Shown: one piece after another, positions 27,650 to 37,615 of the stretch
Position numbering within the stretch: the first letter of the stretch is position 1
Layout: each line of letters begins with the position of its first letter
Assembly (NCBI RefSeq): GCF_036321535.1
Contig: NC_087436.1
Span: 23,810,001-23,874,000 of the forward strand
From: Camelus dromedarius
Taxonomy: Eukaryota
DNA: 64,000 bases
Direction: 5' to 3'
The notes under the pieces: model-generated
Databases searched by the model: none
What the model was told of the DNA's origin: nothing
What the model saw: only the letters and a program-made list of their open reading frames with translations
Made by a program: the position numbers and the translations under genes

Positions 27650-27820
27650 TAAGCTAAGGCTTAGTCGGTGCTTACTAGATCCCAGGCCTGAAGCTAAGTG
27701 CTTTCCGTGCTATTTCATTTAAGTTCATCCTCACAGTAACTGTATGAGCTAGATATTGTTAACCCATTTTGCAGATAAGGAACCAAAGCTTAGGAGAGTT
27801 TAAATACATTTTCCAGGATT
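27650..27820 (-). mobile_element. MIR SINE
   Basis: catcctcacagtaac...cccattttgcagataaggaaaccaaagcttaggagagtt. Confidence 0.65.
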
Positions 27821-29908
27821 CATTCATTCAACATGTATTTATCGAGTGTCTACTGTGAGCTACTAGGGGACCAGTAGTGAAAAAAACAGAAAAATCCCTA
27901 CCTTCATGTAAATAACTATCTACTGGATGGTGTCGTAGCTAACATTTATTAAGCATCAGACAGCATTTATATGTATTAACCCTTAGGTGGGGGGTCTGGG
28001 TTTGAACTCAGGCCTCCTAGCCCCAGGGCTGTCCGCCTGTGTCTGGGTTCCTGCTCTGTACTGCCTCACCCATGGAGGCCTGCTCTGTGGGTAAGAGGTG
28101 GGACTTGGGGTTCCCAGTCAGACCTGTCTGTCTCCATGGTCTTGGCCACCACTGTTTTCCAGAAGAACAAATAGAGCATTGTCTTTCTCCATCTCTGCCC
28201 CATCCATTTCACGACCTGGAACAGAGTTGTGGATTTGTACTTTATAAAATAAAGTCGGGTTCATTTTTAAGACAAGTGCTTACTTTTTTAAGGTTAACAT
28301 CCCTTCAGGAGGTGCCAAGGGCCCCAAACCTTATTTCCTTTAGACCCTGAAGCTGTGATATCTGAACTTGCCACTGTGTGTTGGAGCTACATTCAAGTAT
28401 CTGCCGTACCTATGATCAGAACCACAGTTTCCTGGTTTATTCAATAAATAAGGTAATTTTCTAGCAGTTTTTACCTAATAGGATGGATTGAGCCAGTATC
28501 TTCTTTGAAGTCAAATTCCAGTGTGTCCTGGCTAGAGCCTTGTTTTCAGCAATTCTGGGGCTTCTGCCAAGTGACTGCAGAATGTTTGGTGTTGTGATTA
28601 AAAATATAAGATTTAGGAACAAGGGTTAGACTGGGTCTTTACTTAAGGACCTTTTCTGTTTAGTTTTGAAATAGAATGCTCGACTTATGAGAGGATAGCA
28701 ATAAATCCCCCACGTCATCTCCGGATTGGGTTTACTGTATGTAGGGCTCTTCCGGAGCCTTAGCAGGTCTGCGTGTGAGTGCGGAAGTGCGGGGTCAGAG
28801 GGAGCCCGCGCCTCTCTTCCGCACTCTGTGATACGCAGCACATCTGCCAAGAATAGGCGAGTGCACGAGTAGGGGGCTGTTCTGCCTCCCCTTCCCACCA
28901 TGTCACTCTACCCTGTGCCTTCAACTCTGTAAAGCTGCTGAAACCTCCATCTAACCCAACCTCGTCTTCCCTTTGTCACCATCCAGCAAGCAGTTCATCA
29001 GGACCTCCCCTATGTCAACCTCTTTCAACTGGGGCCCTAGGAATTAGCCCTTTCTGAAAGAAAGGAAGGGGGCAGACAGATGAATTAGGTTTGGACTTAA
29101 TAGGTCCATAGTGTTAGCAAGACTTTTCTTAACTGGACTTTTAAGATGAGTCCATTTAAGTGGGCACAACACTCTCCAGGGTTAGAGATCCCATTACCAG
29201 GAATGTAGAATCTCAAAGTCAGGCATTCCCTGTGGTCAGTGGAGTTGCCTCCTGCTCTGATCCAAACTCACCTCCTTCAGCCTCTGTGAATTAGACAATA
29301 GAATCATTCAGTTTTCCACCATCTATTAACCAGTGCTAGGAACCTGAACACTGGATGCAGCCCTGGATACACAGTAAGCAAGTCAGCCATAGCCCCTGCC
29401 ACCTTAGAGCTTGCTAAACAGACACTTAAGCAGTTGCCCCAAAGGATGGCAGAAGCTATGATGGGGAAGTTGATGTTGCTTGGAAAAACTTACTCCAAGA
29501 TTTCTAACCCAGTGTAGGTGGGGCAGAGGAGGTGCCTAATGGAGTTGGTTTGGGGAAAGGATGTGAGTTGAAAGGAGATTTCCTAGAGGAAGTGAAATCT
29601 AAGATACAACCTGGAGGATGAGTAGCTGTTACCAGGGGAGGGGGAGAGGGAGGGAGACGAGTATGTTCCAAGGAAAGAAAACAACATTACAGTGGCATAG
29701 AGGCAGAAGGAAGCTTAGCACATTTAAGAAACTGAAGGAGTTTCAGGAGAGTTGATAGAAAATGTTTGGCAGGGCCTGGGGAGTTGATGCTCAGCAGAGA
29801 GGCATGAAAATGAGCCTAGAATGATGAACAGGAGCCAGGTGAAGTAGTTTGGATCTTAATCTAAAGACAGTGGAAATCATTGCATGGTTATAAACAGGAA
29901 GGGTAATA

Positions 29909-31679
29909 ACATATAGATAAATACATATCTATTATTGAAGTATAATTGATTTATAGTATATTATTTTCAGGTATACAGCATAGTGACTCAGTATTTTTAC
30001 AGATTATAATCCATGAAAAATTATTATAAGATAATGGCTGTATCTATTTATATATATATAATAGCTAAAATAGCTTATCTATTTTATATATTGTAGTTTG
30101 TATCTCTTAATCACATACCCCTAATTTGCCCCTCCCTCCTTCCCTCTCCCCATTAGTAACCACTAGTTTGTCTTCTATGTCTGTGAGTCTGTTTTGCATA
30201 TATTTCATTTGTATTATTTTTTTAGATTTCACATATAAGTGATAATATACAGTATTTGTCTTTCTCTGACTTATTTCACAAAGCATAGTATTGTTTAGGT
30301 CCAATAACATTGCTACAAATGACAAGGTTTCATTCATTTTTATGGCTGAATAATGTTTCATTTTGTGTGTGTGTGTGTATATACATATATACATATACAA
30401 CATCTTCTTAATCCATTCATCTATTAATGGGCATTTGGGTTGCTTCCATAGCTTGGCTACTATAAATAGTACTGCTGTGAACATTGGTTGGGGGGAGGTA
30501 TCTTTTTGAATTAGTGTTTTCATTTTTTCTGGATATATACCCAGGAGTGGAATTGCTGGATCATATGGTAGTTCTATTTTTAGTTCTTTGAGGAACCTCC
30601 ATACTATTTTCCATAGTGGCTCCACCAATTTACAGTTCCACCAAGAGTCTACAAGAGTTCCCTTTTCTCCACATCTTCTCCAACATTTGTTATTCATAGA
30701 CTTTTTGATAATAGTCATTCTGACAAGTATGAGGTGATATCTTATTGTGGCTTTGATTTGCATTTCTATAATAATTAGTGATGTTGCGCATCTTTTCAGG
30801 TGCCCATCAGCCATTTGTATGCCTTCTTTGGAAAATTTCTATTCAGGTCTCCTGCTTATTTTTTGATTATGTTGTTTGTTTTTTTGATACTGAGTTGTGT
30901 ACACTGTTTACATATTTTGGATACTAACCCTTTGTCAGTCATACCATTTACAAATATTTTCTCCTAATTTTGTAGGTTGTCTTTTCATTTTTTCAGTGGT
31001 TTATTTTGCTGTGCAAAAACCTTTAAGTTTAATTAGGTCCCATGTGTTTATTTTTGCTTTTATTTCTTTTGCCTAGGAGACACATACAAAAATTACTATG
31101 ATTTATGTCAAAGAGTGCTCTGTCTATATTCTCTTCTAGGAGATTTATGGTTTCAGGTCTTACATTTAGGTCTTTAATCCATTTTAAGTTTATTTTTGCA
31201 TATAATGTGAGGAAATGCTCTAATGTCAATGTTTTACATGCAGCTGACCAGTTTTCCCAGCACCACTTGTTGAAGAGACTGTCTTTTCTCCCTTGTGTAG
31301 TCTTACCTCCTTTGTCATAAATTGACCATGGGTGCATGGGTTTATTCTTGGGCTCTCTATTCTGTTCCACTGATCCTATGTGTCGGTACCATGCTGTTTT
31401 GAATACTGTAGCTTTGTAGTGTAGTCTAAATTCTGGGAGAGTGATGCCTCCAGCTCTGTTCTTTTTTTTTCAAAATTGCTTTAGCAATTTTGGGTCTTTT
31501 ATGGTTCCGTGTGAATTTTAGGATTTGTTCTAGTTCTGTGAAAAATGTCATGGGTATTTTGATGGGGATTGCATTAAATCTATAGATTGCTTTGGGCAGT
31601 ATGGCCATTTTAACAATATTAATTCTTCTAATCCAAGAGCACAGGATATCTTTGTGTTTATTTGGACCATCTTCAATTT
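29909..31679 (-). mobile_element. 5'-truncated L1, ~1.8 kb
   Basis: ORF 30107-30814 ([36 protein letters not shown]) and 31029-31370 are L1 ORF2 C-terminal fragments. TSD caggaaggg(t/c)aata at 29895-29908 and 31680-31693. Confidence 0.93.
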
Positions 31680-32374
31680 CAGGAAGGGCAATATAATTTT
31701 TGAAGGAGGTGGCCGTACAGAGAATAGATTGATAGAGAGCAAAACAATGACTAAAATAGATAGAGAGTGAATGGATGGATGAGTGGAGGCAAGGCAGAGA
31801 CCTTTTAGAAGACTGCTGCAACAATCTAGCAAGAGACAAGATTGCCCTGGACTAGGATGGTAGCAGTGAGGTTGGAGATAAGCAGGCATATGAGAGAATG
31901 TTTTGGATGCAGAATCCATATGATGTGGTGATTGTGATGTGAGACATTTCAAGAAGAATGCTTAGGTTTCCAATTTGGGTAACCAGGCAGATCCTGAGAG
32001 AGGGACAATTGGTGAAAAGATAATTAGCTCAAAGTTGAGACATGTTGAGTTTTAGATGCCCGTGAAACATCAAGGGAAGAGAATGGCAGAGTTAGTGGAA
32101 CTCAGCAGGGAAGGCTGGGCTGGGCATGTTGTTGTGGGTGCATCAGCCTCAAGAAGGTAGTTAAAGCTGTTGTAATGGATGAAATCATCTAGGCAGGCAT
32201 GTAGAGTGGGCAGGGGAAAAATGCTGAAGACCAAATGATGAAGAATCCCATCATTTAGGGGAACAAAAGAGGAATACATGAGAGAGAGCGAGTGCAGATG
32301 GAGAGAAAGAAGGAAATCTAGGAAAGTGGGATATCATTGAAACCAATTATCATTGAAACCAGTGGAAGTGTGCT

Positions 32375-32478
32375 TTTATTTTATTTTAATATATTTTTTT
32401 GGAAGTACATTCAGTTTACAATGTTGTGTCAATTTCTGGTGTACAATACTTCAGTCACGTAGGAACATAAATACAGTT
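32375..32478 (-). mobile_element. Very short L1 3' tail (~100 bp)
   Basis: gtacattcagtttacaatgttgtgtcaatttctggtgtaca closely matches 4858-4899 of the first L1. Confidence 0.75.
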
Positions 32479-33039
32479 GTTTAGAACAGAGCAGGCTACT
32501 GTATCACTAAGTGCTGGGAGGTCAAGTAAAATATGAACCAAAAGGAAATTTCAGGTTCCATTAACCATTAATCTTCATTTCTATGCTATTCAGTAAATGT
32601 GTTAAATTCTATATTCTTAGAGGATTTTTAGTATTCTTTAGAATATTGTTGATTTAATTTCTTGATGTTCTCAATTAAGATGTGACAAGAATTTAAGATA
32701 GATATTAACATCTTTCTTAAATATGACACATCTTGGTCCACATCTCATGTTGTATTCATTTGGAAAATAATAATAGATGATTCTCCCCTATAAGAGAAGT
32801 ATTGCCTTAACTGATTTTTTTCCTTTGTTCCACCCTCGAATCTTTAGTTGCTTTCTATCTCTTAGCCATGCGAGTTCTGCTTTTGGATAAAATCTTTTCC
32901 TATAGAGTTTGAATTGAAGCCCAGCCAACTTTGAAATTTGAAGTGTAACTTTCTGATGTGTTCTAAACCACTTAAAAATTAGTTCATAGCCATGCACACA
33001 ACCATGCTTAAAGAGTAAACTATGCCTTGGAAGTTTAGT

Positions 33040-33063
33040 CATTCTTTTCCATTTCTTTTCCAG
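33040..33063 (+). other. MAML3: 3' splice acceptor (polypyrimidine tract + CAG) of MAML3 exon 2
   Basis: cattcttttccatttcttttccag immediately precedes the CTC CAG GAG (LQE) codons. Confidence 0.9.
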
Positions 33064-34602
33064 CTCCAGGAGACTGTGAAAAGGAAGTTGGAAGGAGCCC
33101 GATCACCACTTAATGGAGACCAGCAGAATGGTGCTTGTGATGGGAGTTTTTCTCCAACTAGCAAGCGAATACGAAAGGACATTCCCACGGGGCTGGAAAC
33201 CATCAACAGCTTGCCCAACATGCCACTGCCTTCAGCTTCTCCTCTTCACCAACTTGACCTGAAGCCTTCTTTGCCCTTGCAGAATAGTGGGACGCACACT
33301 CCTGGGCTTCTGGAAGATCTCAGTAAGAATGGGAGGCTCCCAGAGATTAAACTTCCTGTTAATGGTTGTAGTGACCTGGAGGATAGCTTCACCATCTTGC
33401 AGAGCAAGGACCTCAAACAAGAACCTCTAGATGACCCTACTTGCATAGACACATCAGAAACATCTCTTTCAAATCAGAACAAGCTGTTCTCGGACATTAA
33501 CCTGAATGATCAGGAGTGGCAAGAACTGATAGATGAACTGGCCAACACGGTTCCTGAAGATGACATACAGGACCTGTTCAACGAAGACTTTGAAGAGAAG
33601 AAGGAGCCAGAATTCTCACAGCCAGCGACGGAGACCCCCCTGTCCCAGGAGAGCACCAGCGTGAAGAGTGACCCATGTCACTCTCCTTTCACACATGTCT
33701 CCATGGGGTCTCCCCAGGCCAGGCCGTCTTCTTCTGGTCCTCCCTTTTCTACTGTCTCCACGGCCACCAGTTTACCTTCTGTTGCCAGCACTCCCGCAGC
33801 TCCAAACCCCGCCAGCTCACCGGCAAACTGTGCAGTCCAGTCCCCTCAAACTCCAAACCAAGCCCATACTCCAAGCCAAGCTCCCCCTCGGCCAGGAAAT
33901 GGTTATCTCCTTAATCCGGCGGCAGCAGTGACGGGGGCTGGTTCGGGGTCGGGCCCCGTGGCCGGGCCTGGCTCCGACCTGTCGCCAGCAGAGCAGCTCA
34001 AGCAGATGGCAGCGCAGCAACAGCAAAGGGCCAAACTCATGCAGCAGAAGCAGCAGCAGCAGCAGCAGCAGCACTCAAATCAGACGTCAAGTTGGTCTCC
34101 CTTAGGGCCTCCCTCCAGTCCATACGGGGCAGCTTTCACTGCGGAAAAACCAAATAGCCCGCTGATGTACCCCCAAGCCTTTAACAACCAAAACCCCATA
34201 GTGCCTCCAATGGCAAACAACCTGCAGAAGACGACAATGAATAACTACCTCCCTCAGAACCACATGAATATGCTCAATCAGCAGCCAAATAACTTGGGTA
34301 CAAACTCCTTAAACAAACAGCACAATATTCTGACTTATGGCAACACTAAGCCTCTGACCCATTTTAACGCAGACTTGAGTCAGAGGATGACACCACCGAT
34401 GGCCAACCCCAGCAAAACCCCCCTGATGCCCTACATCCAGCCGCCGCCGCCGCCGCCGCCGCAGCCGCAGCAGCAGCCACCCCCGCAGCTCCAGGCCCCC
34501 AGGGCCCACCTGAGTGAGGACCAGAAACGCATGCTTCTCATGAAGCAGAAGGGAGTGATGAGCCAGCCCATGGCTTACCCGGCACTTCCATCCCACGGTC
34601 AG
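33064..34602 (+). CDS. MAML3: Mastermind-like protein 3, internal coding exon 2 (513 codons, LQETVKRKLEG...ALPSHGQ); gene incomplete in window
   Basis: The 535-aa ORF 33022-34629 matches MAML3 as I recall it (LQETVKRKLEGARSPLNGDQQNG, acidic DINLNDQEWQELIDELANTVPEDDIQDLFNEDF, AEQLKQMAAQQQQ, YGNTKPLTHF). Acceptor is pyrimidine tract + CAG (33061-33063); donor is CAG|GTAAGT (GT at 34603). Length 1539 = 3x513. Confidence 0.96.
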
Positions 34603-34608
34603 GTAAGT
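34600..34608 (+). other. MAML3: 5' splice donor of MAML3 exon 2
   Basis: Perfect consensus CAG|GTAAGT. Confidence 0.92.
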
Positions 34609-37399
34609 GTGAAAGCGGAACACACTTGAGCAGTTCTCGCGGTGCGTTTCAAGATTGTCGGTGTGTGATGCACTCCAGGCTTCAGCGATACGAGGCTTAA
34701 TTACCTGCAGAAATCCTTCCTACACATCCTCATGTAGTTGCCAGGTTTGTTCGGGGGGTTTTTTGTCCTTTTTTCTAAGAGACAGAAAAAGTGGCACAGT
34801 AGACTTTCTTGTATTTGAATGCCTAGGAACCAAACTCCTTTTATTCCGAGCAGCAGAAAAGAAACCAAAAATTACATAAAAGTCTCATTCTAGGAAGGCA
34901 GGCTGTAGAGGCGACATGACAGAACATGGGGAGCTTCCTGTACCTTCTCTCCTAGGTCAATCGGTCCTGGGCTGGGGTGGTAGGAAGGTCAGAGCATTTA
35001 GGGATCTCTGCCAACAGTCTTACAAGGTCCTGAAAAAGCCTCCATCTAACTGAATTATGAATCATGAAAATTTGGATTCTTGGTATTCAAAGGTGGGAGA
35101 GTTTTCTGTATTTTCAAAGTGAAGTTGAAGAATAGCTTTTTGTCTGACTGCGTGGTGTTTCAACACTGGTTGGTGAACTGGAAATTAGAAGCTGTCTCAA
35201 CCTCATGGCTTGAGGGTGCAGTAAAACCTCTCCAAATCATTCGGCTGTGATTCAGGAGAATGTAATGATGAGTATCTCTTAGTGCTGTATCAAAATAGTC
35301 TTTTTCCCCACTGTCTTTCGTCATGTCATCCCAGTGTAGGGGTGGAGGGCTCTCAGGGATCCGTGGTGAAAATAAGTGGCAACCAGTAGAGAGTGAATGC
35401 TCATTGACAAGCATTGGCCCTCCTCGCCCTGACCAGTGTGCCACACAGCCAGAGCTCCTTTAACACTTTATCTGCCTGCAAGGAAAGGGGAAATGGGGAA
35501 ATGCGCCACCTGTTCTACTGACCTGACCTGACGTGGGTGAATTCAGGAGCCATCATTTTACTGCCAGTTGCTGTCAATTGTGGGGGCACAGTTCTGTGCC
35601 TCAGTCCTCTCAGGATGCGTTGCAGTTGGAGATTTTGCAGAAAAGTCTCTGCTTTAGGGACCCTCGTGTGCAAACAGGTTCTAACTAGTGCTTGACTGGT
35701 CAGCCACAGTGGGATGCATGAGAAACACCGCAAAGTAATGCAGGGAGATCTTGCATCACCGGATGCTGTTTGCATCATATGTCCTGGTGTGCCCGCCCCA
35801 CTCCCACCCCACCTCCCCAAGCTTGATGCCGGCTGCAGGGCTGGAGATGGTGCTGGCCTGCAGAGACAGGCCTGGACTCTGTGGCTTGATTCTTGTCCTT
35901 CACAGCGCTTCCAACCCCAAAACCTCACAGTGGTTTCTTGTCTGCACATGCCAACCAGCTCTAAAGAAATTCTGTCTGGAGAAATAAAAATGTAACTTGC
36001 TTTACATCAACTGCAGTCAGTAGCAGGTAGAAAAACCTCATTGAAATGTGAACTTCTATGCTTTATCTTGGTTTCATTAAAATATATATATACCATTGGA
36101 AAATGCAACATTTTATACATTTCAGTATTAATTTCTGAAGCTGGCAGAAATAGAGCCAATACACAGGGATGTTGTTGTAGCCCAGACGCCCATCAGAGGT
36201 TTATGAGATCACAGGCTGTCAGAATGGTCTGCTGTTAATCTTAATACAAATTGTGCTTCTGCACCCACTGTTTTTCAAACGGGCTACAGTAAAATACTTC
36301 CTCCAAGCCAGACCAAGGATGATTAATTCCAAATCTGCAGACCTGTGGGCGCAGTGTGATCCATCCTCATTCCCTATCCTCACTAAATATCTTTTGAAAT
36401 TCGCTACCATGGGACAAAGCTCCTGTCTTTGCTGGAACATGAATTTTGTAGGTGCTTATTTCGGGTCCTTGTGCTTGCCTGGCTGTGAGTAACGGAAACC
36501 TTGAGCTGCTAAGGTCTTGTTTTGAAAGGGCTCGGTCAGGTGATGAAGAAACAAAAGTGATGCTTTTCTGGGTTAAATTCATGGGCTCCTCCTCTTTTTT
36601 CATCTCACAAGTTGCTTTCAGGATGAACAGAATCTTCCCCATTAGAATAATCACTTCTTAACCTCATAAAGAACCATCAAGGAAAAGTATGCTTTTTAAT
36701 GAAATACTAACTCACCACTGTTTGAAACAAGCTTCAAAATACATATATAAACATGTGAATATCTTTCTGCAAACACACCATTTGTTTCATTGCTTTTATC
36801 TGATTGTGGAGGAGTATTGACACAGCTCTCAGAATAGTTAATTACAAATACGAGCATGAATTACAGGCGAGATCAAAAATATAATTATACACAGGTGTGG
36901 TTCTTATTTGTTTTCTGCTGTTGCTAGTGAAAATTCACTTTATTCTTTCTTGGCCACAAGGACCATGATCAACACTTAGTTTTAATGAATGACTTGAGCA
37001 CAAAAGCCAATAACATGAGAATATTTATTTTGAGATAATTATCTTACACAGATGTTTACTTATTTGGGATATTTGCAGAAAATGCCATTCCTCTCCGAAA
37101 TGAATAGAACTTCACTTTGTTCCTGTAAGTTTCAAAAAAGAGAGAGCCAAAAGGAGATAAAAAAAACTTATTTCAAAATTGTGAATGTTTTATCTGAAAA
37201 TTCCACTTCTCAGAATTTACATATTATTCCTTATAATTAGAGAATTGAACAAAGATTTAGATAGAAAGATTATGCTCATGGTGTTACGTATGATAGTGGA
37301 AAATTAGGACCAAAATAAACATTTTGGAAAAATAAATGATGTACATGAAAATCATGCTATTAATGAATGATTAATCACATGGAACTCCTCATAATATGA

Positions 37400-37615
37400 G
37401 TGAAATATGATCATACAACAGCTCATATGTTAACGATCCAAATTGTGTTTTTAAATAAGTATAGAAAATACTGAGTAGCTAAAATATTAAGAATGGTATT
37501 TCTGGTTGGTAAAATTATAAGCAGTTATTTTTTTTTTCTTTATACTTTACTGAATTTTTTAAAGGTCCCATTATACATGTATGTTTAATTCTACCATTAG
37601 GGGAAAAAAAAACTT
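37400..37615 (+). mobile_element. Ancient L1M(E) 3'UTR fragment
   Basis: aaaatattaagaatggtatttctgg...ttatttttttttctttatac AT-rich L1ME-like tail. Confidence 0.45.

Larger units (their letters stand above)
29300..32560 (-). mobile_element. L2 element split by the L1 at 29909-31679 (pieces ~29300-29894 and ~31694-32560)
   Basis: L2-like purine-rich sequence on both sides of the L1 (gacatgttgagttttagatgcc, ttaaagctgttgtaatggatga). Confidence 0.6.

Noticed and set aside
30107..30814. 235-aa minus-strand ORF as a host gene
   Set aside because: L1 ORF2 C-terminal fragment running into the L1 3'UTR, inside a TSD-bounded truncated L1
32332..32361. Short direct repeat tatcattgaaacca x2
   Set aside because: Small slippage duplication inside a decayed L2; no sign of function
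33022..33063. ATG-initiated N-terminal extension MPWKFSHSFPFLFQ of the 535-aa ORF
   Set aside because: It is the translated polypyrimidine tract and acceptor of intron 1; MAML3 similarity starts at LQETV
33817..34623. Antisense ORFs overlapping exon 2 (poly-Leu, poly-Arg)
   Set aside because: Expected shadow frames of GC-rich CAG/CCG coding sequence
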